Shown one piece after another: positions 13,583 through 26,332 of a stretch of 64,000 nucleotides of DNA. The DNA is from Lepidodermella squamata (lineage: Eukaryota; Animalia; Gastrotricha), in NCBI GenBank assembly GCA_047495785.1, contig JBLDXI010000060.1, positions 372,001-436,000 on the forward strand, read 5' to 3'. The stretch's first letter is position 1; each line of letters opens with the position of its first letter. Below the pieces are notes generated by a model. That model had not been told where the DNA came from, did not search any database, and saw only the letters and a program-made list of their open reading frames with translations. Both the position numbers and the translations under genes were made by a program.

Positions 13583-14489
13583 TCATTTGAGGAGTCGGCA
13601 GAAGTGCGTTTTGAACAGATATATGAGGACTGTGGATATAGTTGCACTCGCTTCGAAACCAAAACCGAGGATGTTTCCGAAAAGCACAGTTCCAACAATA
13701 ATTGGAAACGTCCATTCAACCAAAGGGTTCTTGATGCCTTGAGTGTTGGGCTCAACGTGAGTAGAGGCTAAACATTTGAATTCGATGTGACCTTGTGATG
13801 ATGCTTCTTTTGAGTCGCTTTCCCGACGGTCCAGGGATAGATTATCCAGTCGAAGTGGGATAGTTGAACTTTTGTTGTTTATGATTAACCAGTCAACATC
13901 AGACATCGTATCAGCATCTAAAGTAGAAAATGCAAAATCGCATTTAGATCAAATTCTCCCTAAAATCTTTACCAGGAACAGTTGAGCTGAACTCCCAGTC
14001 CGAGGAAGATGAAGAGCAGCAGCTCTCGGAATCACCGTCCAGATGGTTGCCATCAGCAAGACCCTGAATGTCTTCTGTGATCATAGCTGCCGGCGGTTGT
14101 TGAGCAATTTTCAGGTTACCAAGAGTGGGAAGATTCATTGCGGTTATCGGAGGCCATGTACGCACAACTGAAGGAGAGTCGGCGGTTGGTAATGACGTGC
14201 CTAGCGCTGCCGTAGTCGAGAAGCTACTGCGGCCGCTCAATATCCCCGAATCACTTTCGTCGAAACTGCAATGAAAGCATGTTGATTTGAGCTTTGAATG
14301 GCTGCAAATCAAATCGTCATCAATGTCGCAATAGCCATGGTCATATGTGTTCGAAATTGCTCTTCTTCGTCGGCTGTTAGGCGGTTGCTTGTAGCATTTC
14401 AGCAGCGACGAAGACTCGTTGAAAGAAGAACTAAGAGTTAAGCTGCGCCGGGTCGGCGGAGTTTGCGCGGTAGAATAAGCCGATTTCAT
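13583..14489 (-). CDS. Unknown S-rich protein (exons 14489-13973, 13917-13583)
   Basis: Two ORFs joined in frame by a 55-nt GT-AG intron; no recognisable domain. Confidence 0.5.
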
Positions 14490-16482
14490 TATTGTAAATT
14501 AGTGCGAATTAGTTACCTATAAGATTGATTAAAAATAAAATAGCTGAGAGGAATACACTTGGACGACTCATCAAAGACGACTGCTTCATTAAAAGATATG
14601 TGAATGCACCGGTGTGGTCAATCTTAGATGAATGCGCTCAACTGGAGATTTAGCTGGTGGGGCCGTGTTCTTAATTTGGCACTGACCCAACAGCAAGATA
14701 ATCTATCACACTAAACGGATTTTTCTTAGCCGTACTCAAAATCAAACTTGTCACGCATCGGCACGAACTAATAACTGCACTCACTGTGAAGAAAGAGCGA
14801 AATTAAACACCATATAGACATAGCACGTGTTCGAATGCTCTCAAATTGCACTCACTATGGATGAATAAGGCGCGCTCGCGTTCTTCGACGTTTGCTAGCA
14901 GAAAAGTAGTTGTTTTACTTTTTGGCCTAGCTGGTGTGGCTAGCTAGCACGCCGTCTGCTCGTTTTTTTCTCTCTGATGTTTGCATATATGTGGGCATTG
15001 ATGATAATGAATACAGTGAGTTAGCTCTAGGCTTGCCACTAATATAGGAGTATAGTCGCCGCTGCTTCATGGTATTACGATGTTATTATATTTATCGCGA
15101 GCCGGCAGCCGCATAGTAAAAGCTGTATATATGGGCATGGAAACGAATGCTGTTATAAGCACAAGTTATAAAGATTATAATATTTGCTCTTGTCCTGTGG
15201 CCAATACTTTGCATAATTTCCAGAACTGTATCACGCTTCTGCCAAAATGATGAATGCCGATGAATGATGCCAAAGTTAAAACGATGGTCAACAAATTTGA
15301 AAGTTATAAAGAAAACATCGCTTCGTATCATAACATAGCATTGCATTATCTCTATCGCATATTAGTCTTATTAGTCGATAAGCATATTAGTCTTATTAGT
15401 TCAGCAAGTGTTAAAAGTGTTGTTTAAAAGAAAATGAGGCGGATATTCTAGGCTCGATGATTGCGCGAACCAACCCGATAGGGTTCCCCTAGCGGCGGAG
15501 CCGCAGCCTGAACCGGAGGTCCAGCGCCTCTCTCTCAACTTCGCCGGTCGAGGCGACAATGGTAGAGGCGTTTTGCGCTGGACGAAAAACGAAGCTAGGG
15601 GAACGAATTTTCACGATAAAAATATGGAAAAATAAGTCGTAGATAGATCTTTTTTTAAACCTGTGTATAAAAACTTTCCAGCTGTTTTCATCGGGTGGCT
15701 GATTTTTGGCGATTTTTTATTCATAAAAAACTGCTTGACTGCTCATTAATATTCATGAGCTGCTTACGCCGCCGTCTGGGTCACAGTTACCGGCACCCTC
15801 ATGACCGAGGTTGATTGCGTCACACGCGAGAGCCGGGTGGTTGCGGTGCGTCTCTTCGAAATTTCAATTTAAAACCAGTTTGGCGGCCCTCCCCGGGGGG
15901 AGGGCTGCATCAGTGACATTCTACGAAAAATTCTGCATCAAACAGTCTAAATTTGAACGCCGGGCGATAATTGGTTGATTTTATATCGAATTTACAAGTT
16001 GCGCGCACTTGAAAAAGTGGCCCTCACTGACCGTGTGTGAAATTTTCAAGGCGCGAGTGACACCCTTATAGGTGCATAATTTGACGTGACAAATTCGGTT
16101 GTTTAGATACTAGAACACACGGCCAATTTTTTGGTACCAGAACCGCCGCAAGATTCGCAAGATATCCTTTGAATATAGCGTTTGCCGCGCGATTGATTTT
16201 TAGTGAAAATGAAATTTTTTATTTTTTCGACTTTGGTCAATTATTTTGGCAGCTCAGCCTGCTAGCGCTCATGTTTGAATTCACCTGGAATGTTGCAAAT
16301 TTTGCGCTGAATTTTTAGAGCCCAGCCGCATGATCGTAGCCCTTATGGTTGTCGAGCAATAGAAGGCGCGGCAAATCGCGTTTTTAACCCATTTTTAGTG
16401 CGCGGCGGCGCTCACACACTCACTCAGAGCCGTTTTTTGTCAAATTTTCGACACGCGTAGCAGTTTTGTGCGCACATAGACA

Positions 16483-16770
16483 TTACATATTCCGACGTAG
16501 AATTTCAAGACGAATCGAACGACACTAGACCCATCGTCATAGCCCTCATAGTTTTTTGCCTATAGGAGGCGCGGTCGATCCACCTTAAAATTTCGAAATT
16601 TCGATTTTTGTGCGAACTTTTTCACGACGATTTGAAAGACTCTCGGTGTAATGGAATAAGCAAGACTAGCGCAACATTTGACGGGCCTTCGAATGGTGAA
16701 AACCGCAGGTCAATAAGTTACAGCGTTTTTAGCCAGTAATCCGTGCGGTAAAAACTGAGATAAAAAACAA
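16483..16770. repeat. Direct repeat copy A1 (second copy 19279-19592), part of a non-coding transposon-like sequence
   Basis: TTACATATTCCGACGTAGAATTTCAAGACGAATCGAACGACACTAG...CTCATAGTTTTTTGCCTATAGGAGGCGCGG occurs at both loci. Confidence 0.85.
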
Positions 16771-17628
16771 ACAAAATAATTTTTTTGAAATTTTAATTAA
16801 TTGATTCCGAAAGATTTTTAATTGCGACGGCAACGACAAAAATAACTGAGCAATAGGTAACTCGATGCGCTCTATCGATTGTTATATGCCCTATTTTCAC
16901 AGGACGCATCCATTCGACTCCACACCTCTTGCCGATGTCAAATTTTTAAAATTTTGTTGACCAAGTTTGTTAGCGGAATCGCGCTGATGTTGTAGTGACC
17001 TTAACGCTTAGAACACATTCGACTGGTCAACTTGAGACCAGGCTCGTCGCTGTAACTCTCTGATCTTTGGCGTTATTCGTCACGCGGTAAAACTAAGTAT
17101 AGGCAAATTCAGACTCTCACTATTGCCATTTTAACCGCAATTTATTAACGCTTCCCGCTTTTTGTGGGCAAATTATTCTGCGTCCATGTATGCAGAAATT
17201 CACCAGGAATCGAATGAGACTAAGCACGAGTCGCTAGCTATCACGGTTGTCGATTTATTGCGGGCGCAAAAGTCCAAAAAAATTAGGAATAGTCCACTTT
17301 AAAACTTGAAAATTAAGAAATTTCGCAGTTTTTGTAATTTAATCTTTCAATTCCGGAAATTTTTGCCTGTGTCTTGAATGAAAAAGTCATGTTGAATAAG
17401 GTTATAAAGCAATATTCAGAGAATTATTTTTATTTGAAGGAAATTTCTGAAGAGCAATTCCTGCCATGGCCAGGGATAATTTATCGGCCCATTTTTTATC
17501 TGAATTAAAAATTATTTTCAATTCCATTTCCATTAGTCCTATGAATCATTGAGCATTCAGTTCCTTAACAGAATTGTTCCTTCTTCCTTAGCATTTACCA
17601 ATTGAAAATCGTTACGAATAAAATTGAT

Positions 17629-17931
17629 AGTAATAGCTATTACTACATAGCTAAAATATGAATGATACGCTACAAAAATTAGGCAAAAAATCATGAACAA
17701 TAATAAGCCATAGAAAATACGCGCCGCTGAACAACCATATGTGACCAATGTGTTCGTGATTTGATGGTGTGATTTTTCTGCTTTTTTCTATTTTTCAGCC
17801 CTGTGAAAACGCTTGACACCCCTGTTGCCGGTATTGAGCGTGCTGTCTTGAGGAAACGTTATTCACTTTATGATATGGAACTCTTATTTCTTTCAACTTG
17901 AAAATACCTCTGGCCGATTCTAGCTTCCTAA
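17629..17931. repeat. Direct repeat copy B1 (second copy about 26029-26332)
   Basis: CATAGAAAATACGCGCC...CCATATGTGACCAATGTGTTCGTGATTT...GAAAACGCTTGACACCC...GCCGGTATTGAGCG is shared by both loci. Confidence 0.85.
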
Positions 17932-18485
17932 GTTGTTAACTAGGCTACGTGCATTTAGGCAACTAGCTGGAAAATGACTTCATTTCCTCGTCCGTTCTCC
18001 GTTCTCAGTCGGAAAATTGTCTGCAAGACAACTTTAAAAACTTTAAAAACTTTATTGCCGCAGAATTTGCCGTAAATTAAATTAATTTGATATTTAAACA
18101 AGGTTCTACGACAATTAGAATTTAATTTATTTTAATTATTTGGTCTCGGTTGTCGGTGCCTCGGTTAGCGAAAATAAAATTATTTATTTATATTTTGGTC
18201 TCAGTTGTCGGATCTGAGTTTTCGTGGTCTCAGTTGTCGGAGTACGTTAAAAAATATGTTTCTTATTATTTTTAGATCACCCTGGTGTCCTAAATTACCT
18301 AATAATAATAGTAAGTAATAATAATAATAATTCTACCTTTCTACGCTATTTTCCATAATCGGTAATTCTGTTTTACGATGGCAGAATTCCATAAAAACGA
18401 ATAATTTATGGAGCACTTTGATTTGATAAGGTCGAATACTTTTATTCAATTCAATTTTTCAATTTTATTTTATTTTATTTTAAAG

Positions 18486-18900
18486 GTACTTTTCACTATT
18501 AATATTGTCATCGGCGTTATGCGAGACCTCGCACCTATCAAACCTCGAGAGGGCAAAAGTAGCTCGTGCAGTGATGCTGGGTGTAATGTAGATGGCGACT
18601 TGGCTACATCTCATTATTGGGACGCTGTCAACTTAGCCTTCGATATCTCCTCTAATGAACGCCTGAACCACAACAGCGCTGAGATGATGTATCGACGAGG
18701 GTACGAATCTCTAAGTGAAGAATGTGGCTTTGGGGTCGATGGTGCCCATAGAACATTGGAATGTTATGACGATTACAGCTCATCGCAGAAAATAAAGGAG
18801 CTGGCGGCTGAAATGAAACGTACTCAAATCTCTCTTTTCAACACTTTTACGGCTAACGAAAGTGGGTCCCCTGGGTAAGACCACTCAAAATAGCCGGCCA
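18486..18900 (+). pseudogene. Isolated exon resembling the N-terminal part of a Helitron Rep (HUH) domain
   Basis: Splice acceptor TTTTAAAG at 18485. KIKELAAEMKRTQISLFNTFTANE resembles the Helitron Rep motif LFxTFTxN. The ORF ends at 18878 (frameshift or donor). Confidence 0.45.
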
Positions 18901-19278
18901 ATTATGAGTACCGAGTCCGGGTCCTTCAAAGGTTACGAGTGAATAACGAGTCGAGCCACCGATCGAATCGTCTTTTCTGTTTATGCAAGATGCCATTAAT
19001 TTTTTGCTTTGGAGAATAATTGTTATCTGTCGAATTCGGAATTGTCGAATTTGTTATCTGTCTAAATAAAAAATCCACCACGTTCCCTGATAGTTTAATT
19101 TGTGTACTGATTTATCTCGACTTGTTTTGTTTCGTCCCCAGACCGGCACGAAATAAGCTGAAATGTGCTGGAACTGATTTCATCAGCTGAAATACATTGA
19201 AATAAGGCATGGCGAGTTCGTCGCCGCTGAAATACGCTGGAGTTGATTTCTGGGCTGTACACTTTTCAGCCGATTTTC

Positions 19279-19901
19279 TTACATATTCCGACGTAGAATT
19301 TCAAGACGAATCGAACGACACTAGGCCCATCGTTTCCTCATAGTTTTTCTCATAGTGCAAGAAAAAGCCTCATAGTTTTTTGCCTATAGGAGGCGCGGCC
19401 GATCCACCTCAAAATTTCGCAATTTCGACGTTTCTGAGAATCATTTCACGACGATTAAGAATAGTCCCGGTTTAATAAAATAACCATGTCAAATACAGAA
19501 TATGACGAGCTTTCGAGAGGTGAAAACCGCATGCCAAAATCTATCACAGTTTTTTGCCAATAGGCCACGCGGTATAATATGAGATAGAAAAACAAAGCGA
19601 GTAAATTTTCAAATTTCAAATTTAACTGTGACTTAAATTACAAATATTCATGAGAAATATTCAAAGCCATTCCGACCAGGTCAAAAATAGTGAGAAAATT
19701 TTCAAATGACGTCATGAAAACACGTCGTAGCAACGGCAACCCAGGTAAATTTCTTCTCAAAAAGAGGTTCGCCTTTCAATCTAAGGCTAAATGTAAGACT
19801 TTCTGCCCGCTCAGAATTTGATTTTAGCCTCTTCTTGATTTTCTGGGATTTTCTGAAAGGTGCTCGAGTTAACACGTCATTGCACCGGCGGCTAAGGGTT
19901 A
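19279..19901. repeat. Direct repeat copy A2, ending in a piggyBac-like terminus (...GGCTAAGGG|TTAA)
   Basis: Matches 16483-16770 over about 300 bp. GGG-TTAA at 19895-19901; no clean TTAA-CCC partner found. Confidence 0.6.
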
Positions 19902-21331
19902 AGATCTAACAACATGATAATTTTACCAAGATGAAAAAATCGGAAAATCGGTAAAAAATATTTATTGGACAAGTTTTATATTGCCGGATAGAGAAAATTC
20001 TTATCGTGGATAAAATGATTTTTCTGAAATTTTCAACATTTTTCCTCAATAAGTTTACCGCCCTGAAAGACTCTTAAAATGGCGATATTTCGTAAAAGTG
20101 ACCAACTTCAAGAAAATAAAAAAAAAACCGTAGAACCGTATTTTCGACATTTTCGAATTTTATTTTGAATTATTTTGAATTTCGAAATTTTTGTTGGCAC
20201 CCTAATTTTCTCAAGTTTTTACGAAAATTATACGAAAATTGTCTGTTAAATTTTCGACACGCAAAGCCAAATTTTCAAATGTTGTTACCCAGCGTTTGGA
20301 CTATGAGGTAGCTATTGTATAATTCACAAACGAAAGAAAATTTCGAATTAAAGAATAAAAACTTTTAAAATTGGGAAAGTCAGTTTATTTATTCATCTGA
20401 AAATTTTAAATGAAGCGTTATTTCATATTTTATGTATGAATTATTTGTGGGGAAGAATCCTTTTGAACTGCAAGACGCCGTGGCAATCAGCACGCAAAAA
20501 TCTGAATGAAAATAAAAAAATGAGCCGTCGTCGCGCTGCAATACTAATAATTCGCTACTCAGATTACTCTTGTAGAGCAGTCGATTTATTGGCAGTTCCG
20601 GAGTATCGTGCATTTGGGCTTAAGCCACTGATTGATTGTCGCATAAAATGGATATGAGTTCGGCACTTTGAACTTCGGCATCGGGTATAATAGCGAAAAA
20701 GGTGTACTCGGAGAGCGCCTTGGTGATGAACTTGAAATTGAATTTTATGAAAATTTGTTGATGATTGAGTGATAGACGCAGCGCTTTTTATCAGTGATAC
20801 CAGCGACCCCTGGAAAAATAAAGATTTGATTAATATTCAATCATATCCATTGCCGTCGTCATACTATCGTGAATATTTTTGATTAATGTCTATCTATTTT
20901 TCAATGTGACCTGCGATGAGTTGCGATGAGTTGAGTGCGAGAGTGAAGTTGCATCGGCGGCGAATTACAGCATCAGATAATGTCGATGATTATAGGCATG
21001 AGCAGCACCTCAATCTATACGCATACGCCGCGGAATTTATCAGGAGCCGAGATCGTTACGCTCATCGGCGTGTGCGTAACTGACTAGACCAGGTCGCGGA
21101 TTCGACCTCGCTATTGTTATCCCATTCGCAGTCACCTTTATAAATCGCACATTGATAATTTCCCGTCTCGACGCGTGATTTAAAACGGGATTTAGTTGTA
21201 TAGCCGTACAGTTGATCAGAGGAGTTAATTCAATTTTCATTTCATTTGTCCTGTTTTTGTTTTTAGTGACGATTTGCGATCGCCTTGCTTTTATTATTTC
21301 TATTGCCTGCTGCCTACGTGTGCTTTCCGCG

Positions 21332-24300
21332 ATGTCAAGAACCGATGAGTAAGTTTTACTATTTATATGGGGTGATTCCCAACCTATTTCACCCAACCGC
21401 GCACTCGCTCAAGTTATTCGCCCAATTCGCCCAACCTATGCGATATAAATTAAACTTGAAATGAGTTGCGCGCGCACGTGTATAGCGTTGTGTCCCTTTC
21501 ATAGCGCGCGCACGCTAGGGATGATTTTTATTGCGACCAGAAAAGCACTGAGGCTATTAAAAGAGTGGTTCAATTTTATTAAACCACCTTAATATTTTCG
21601 CGCGTTTAATTGCTGTGCATTATAACAGCCCGCCGCCTCATAGAACAGAATTCTGGTATGAAGTTGTAGTTGCAGTTGTTGAAGTTGGAGGAAAATTAGA
21701 AATTAAAAATTCCGCACAGTTGCGAAACAATATTAATGAATTTTTAGACGGAATCGGTTTTCGCGAATTATTTTAAATTATTCTAAAATTTCCTTTTTTT
21801 TAAATCCGAGTCTTAATTCTAGCCTATAATACTTAATAAAGTGCGGTGCCTTGTGCCTTGTTTGCGTGTGTGTTTGCGTGGAATTTAATTTAGATTAATT
21901 GTTGGGCGAATTAATTGAGCGAGTGCGCAGTTGGGTGAAATAGGTTGGGCTATCGGAACGCAAAATCTGTAGTTAAACAAAATTGCGAAAATATCAGACA
22001 TATTTAACCCAGTTTTTAATCATATTTTGGTCCTACCCTGAATTTATTGAATTTTTTTTATTTTCCTGATTTTTGGAAAACTGGCGTTCGGCTCACCGTG
22101 GGGAATTAGAGGGTATTTTCCTAAATTTCGGGGAATGTTATACGCCCTCGGATTCGAATTTAAAATAATTTAACATACATCTTTTAAAATTAGAGATAAT
22201 TGCTTGCTAAAATATAAAATTTTCCACAGTTTGACTTGTATCTCGCGGTATTTACGTGCCAACGATCGTGATGCAGCGTTACGCGCGATCGAGCGCGCTC
22301 GTTTGATCCGGTTGGAGGCGGTAACACGTGTCCCTCGAATGGGGACGAAAACTTTCGGCATTATTATTTCGATCAAGCGGTGGAAAGCGGAGAAGGCTAC
22401 GAAGCGTCCGACAAACAGCAACAGCAACAGCATGAGCCAACGAGGGGGCCGAAATGACTCTCCGTACTTGTACCTAATTTTCTTAACGTGAGTTTGGTTT
22501 CTTCGTTTTTAGTAATACGATAGAAGTGGGCGTATAGGATTTATCAATTATATCACTCATTACCTGTTTTGAAATGGAGTTTCGGCCGTTATAAAGACCT
22601 TTCCGATTACCGCGCGAGTCAGTAGTTGCTACAATATACGAAATTGTTTAGCTTTCAGACGGCTGCTGCGGCTGATTGTTTTTGAATATACTTGTTATTT
22701 TAAAAAATTTCCCGGAATTAGCTATTGGGTTTATGAAAAATATCTTTTCGATTGTTATTTTCTATTTAAATTTTCAAAATTTTTAAAAAATTCAAGAATT
22801 TTGTTTTTACGAATTCCAAGAACACGAAATATACTTGAATTACCGTGGTCAGACTTTTCAGCAGTGACACTTCAGCAAATGAGGGTCAAATCAGCAGTGA
22901 CATTTCATCAGTGACACATTGTCAGTAAAAAATCCATAAAAATCAATTTTTTGAATTAATTTTAATAATTTATGTAGACAAGTGAGCAGGGACATTTCAG
23001 CAGCGACAAAATAGCAGTGACTATTGAGCAGTGACTTTTCATCAGTGACAAATGAGCAAGTGACACTTCGTCAATTTTAATTAATTTATCTCGGGCATTG
23101 AACTTGCATTTTTTGAGCTCAACTTCAATGCAGCGCATAGTCCCCCTGCTGAGTACGGCAGAAATTCAGTTGATGAAATGTCTCCGCTGAAATGTCACTG
23201 CGCAAATGTCACCGAGATGAAGATAATAAATTTGCCAAAATTTGGGATTAATTATCAAAAATCACTGCTGACTTGTCACTGATCATTTGTCACTGCGCAA
23301 ATGTCGCAGCTCAAATGTCACTGCTCATTAGTCACTGATGAAAAGTCACTGCTCATTTGACCCTCATTTGCTGAAATGTCACTGCTGAAAAGTCGTACAA
23401 CCTTGAATTACCTATTTGCATTTGATTAAGTATTAGTTTTTTTAAATTGTTGAAATTTGTAAAAATTACACAGGGAAAATATTATTATTAAAAATTATAA
23501 AATAAAATGTAAAATTATAATTGAAGAAAATTATTAAATATAATTTTAGAATATTTTTCGATTATCAAAATTAACAATTAAAATTGAAAATATTTGAAAC
23601 AATGTGAAAAAAATTAAAAAATTTTTGTTGAAAATTAAGAGATAAATCCTGGCCATGTTAAGCCGGGAAGGAAAATTTCCTGATCTTAAGTTATGTTTGT
23701 TGTTATTTAGGAGAGTCGACATGGATGACAGCGTTTTCGTTGTGAAAGTGAGCGACTCTGAGTTCGGCCGTCTATCCATGCATTTCATCGACGAACTGAG
23801 TCCCGGTACAGTAGTCGCTCTCAGCCGCCCGGCCATGCTGCAGGAAAATTGGCGAGAGATGGAGGTGTTGAGCACGGACTGCATCGCTCCGACTCGCAAC
23901 CAGCGCCCGGTGATGCAAATCACGGTTCCGCTGCCAGCCGGCGGAGTTCCGGTGCGCGAACGGTTCTTTTCCTACCGATTTACGGCTGCCCAGCTGTTCG
24001 TGGACGACGTAGTGTTCTCGAAGGCCTGCCGAAAGTCTTGCGACGGCCGGTATGGTGTCGGCTGCTATTGCCTGGGCCCAAGGTTTGTGACGGTGCGATG
24101 GCTTCCCGGGATATTGATTTCGTGTCATGAATTGGGCGAGTTGCTCGTGGAGGTGTACTACTCATTCGAGCTAATGAGCCAGCTGGTGCCATCAGCCATA
24201 ATGTATGGCGAAATAACGGACGTGGACCTGAACGATGTGGCTGAGCATATCATCCGCTCAATCGAGGCGCATGTCGGAGGATTTCGCGTGGTATTATGGA

Positions 24301-24731
24301 TCAAATCGTCGAAAGCTGGCGGCGAAGATGTCGCGAGCTTCAACAAAACTCACGTCGCGAAATTAGTGCCGCTGGGGGCACCGCTGCCACTGTTTCAACT
24401 GCCTGCTCGAGTCGCGGCCTTCGTCGCTGCTGACAACAATGGCAACGATGGCGTTGTTCAAAATCGCCCCGGAGATGGCGCTAACATTAACGATCAAGAC
24501 AACCACGCTGTCATCGACCTCCTCGAAGACAACAACTACGAGGACGCGAACGACGTCGACATCTTCGACGACAACAACAACCAAGACAACAACGAAGTCG
24601 TATTGAACGGTGTCGGTAACGGTGATATTCTTGCCGGGAACAACAACGAGGGCCTCAACATAGCCCCGGCGAACGATGAAGTTGAAAACCAAGTTGAAAA
24701 CGGAGTCAACAATGCTGTAGATGACGCCTGA
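21332..24731 (+). CDS. Putative OB-fold + Cys-cluster protein with acidic N/D-rich tail (exons 21332-21348, 22230-22487, 23711-24731); probable Helitron accessory gene
   Basis: Both introns have strong donors (GTAAG, GTGAG) and join in frame. Beta-rich GIIISIK...YLYLIFLT...VFVVKV...LSPGTVVALSRP pattern; C-x3-C-DG-x5-CxC cluster. Confidence 0.6.
21371..21956. mobile_element. MITE with ~50-bp inverted ends, inside intron 1 of the OB-fold gene
   Basis: CCCAACCTATTTCACCCAACCGCGCACTCGCTCAA (~21378) is inverted at ~21915-21949; no TSD seen. Confidence 0.7.
22844..23402. mobile_element. Mutator (MULE)-type MITE with 9-bp TSD, inside intron 2 of the OB-fold gene
   Basis: TSD TTGAATTAC at 22835-22843 and 23403-23411. 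TIR GACTTTTCAGCAGTGACA..TCAGCAAATGAGGGTCAAAT; many CAGTGAC subrepeats. Confidence 0.88.
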
Positions 24732-26028
24732 CTCAACAACGATTTTTTTAATACAAGGGACTTTCTCTGTGGAAATTATCGTTTTATTGTTTTTGTCAAA
24801 TTTGGCATATAATATCTTGATTATTATCATGAGTTGTCGTTGGCTGTTAAATTTTTGCGAAAATATCCCATTAATTGTTGATACTTGTATCTTTTATCTA
24901 ATAATTGTACAATTCGGCCTGCATGGTTCGGCCAATTTGAATGGTCTTGGTTTCTTTGTTCCAGAAATTGTAAAAAATCGATTTATAAAGAACCGTTGAG
25001 TCCGTTTCATATTGCATTGAAAGTGAGTGAAGATTTGACTGCTGAAAATGATATTGTGTAACTTCGCATATTATTCGCGCATCGAGTGCGTGCTTGGTTC
25101 TGAGTAATCGACCAACATTTTGATTAGAAATTTATGAATATTTGCTGCAATATTGTAAATAGTTTGCCTCCATGAAATAATTTCAGTATCTGCCGATTTT
25201 TGTGACTGAAAACGAATTGTAAATTTTCATTTCCTAATATTTTCCCTCAATTTCTTTAAATTTTGCAATCCAACAATTCTCGATTTATGATTTCGACGAA
25301 TATTCTGAATTTTTTGACAATTTTCAAATTTGCATTTTTCTGCGTTTGCTTTCGACTAGTATTTTCCATACCTCGATGGTGATCTATTGTCTACCTATTA
25401 TTTTTCACCAATTTTTTAGAGAAATAATATGTTTCCCATTTTTTGATATTGTTTAGAAAATTCACGAAATTTAGATTTCACAAACACAAAAATTTGTAAT
25501 TTATCTTTTAATTTATTGATGTGCAATATTTCCAATATTTCCATGTTCATAGTTTTCATCCGTCATATTCGTCAGGGACCTATAGTTTCTGCGAGAAATG
25601 CGCATTTTTTCGAATAATTTTATCATTTCTATGATGCGTGGTAGAACTTTTTATTGTTAAACAACTTAAAAAATTGATATAATTCTGTTGAAAGTATAAT
25701 AATCCTGTTATCCTGTTTGTTTCAAAAGTCATGAAGCGTCGAAATATTGATTCATAAATACGTGATAGTGTGCGTTGAATAAATAAAGCTGGCTTTTGTT
25801 CACTTGGCCTTCGAAGGCTTTACTTCTATGTGTATGATAAAAGCTGAGTAATGGTCTCTTGATGGCGGTGATTATTGGTGCAATCGTGACCTAAATAAAC
25901 AGCGACCCGGACAATTTTATCAACGACTGACCCAAATTGCCAAAAGCTAGGGCTTTCGCGTTATATCCTTTTATATTACCTTCTAGTACCTTCTAGTAGC
26001 CTTAAGCTTGATTTTGTGCCATACAAGT

Positions 26029-26332
26029 AGTAATAGCTATAGAGAGTTAAAATATGAATAATACGCTTGTGGCAAAAAATCATGAAAAATAATACGTCAT
26101 AGAAAATACGCGCCACGCCACGTGGCGCTGAACAATAACCATATGTGACCAATGTGTTCGTGATTTCATGGTGTCATTTATTGCTTCATTTCTATTTTAC
26201 AGCCCTGCGAAAACGCTTGACACCCGTCTTGCCGGTATTGAGCGCGCTGTCTTGGGGAAACCTTATTCTCTGATAGGGATTTCTTATTTCTTTCAATTTG
26301 AAAATGTTTCTGGGCTGTTTCAAGCTTCCTAA
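26029..26332. repeat. Direct repeat copy B2
   Basis: Same sequence as 17629-17931 with scattered substitutions and indels. Confidence 0.85.

Noticed and set aside
15486-19897. Complete non-autonomous piggyBac from 15486 to 19897
   Set aside because: The left sequence CCCCTAGCGGCGGAGC only loosely matches the right end and lacks TTAA.
22844-23402. Regularly spaced CAGTGAC repeats as a CRISPR-like array
   Set aside because: They are subterminal repeats of a MITE with TIRs and a 9-bp TSD.
23772-24830. Antisense and alternate-frame ORFs over GC-rich coding regions (also over the helicase, gag and piggyBac)
   Set aside because: These are shadow ORFs of real genes with no independent motifs.
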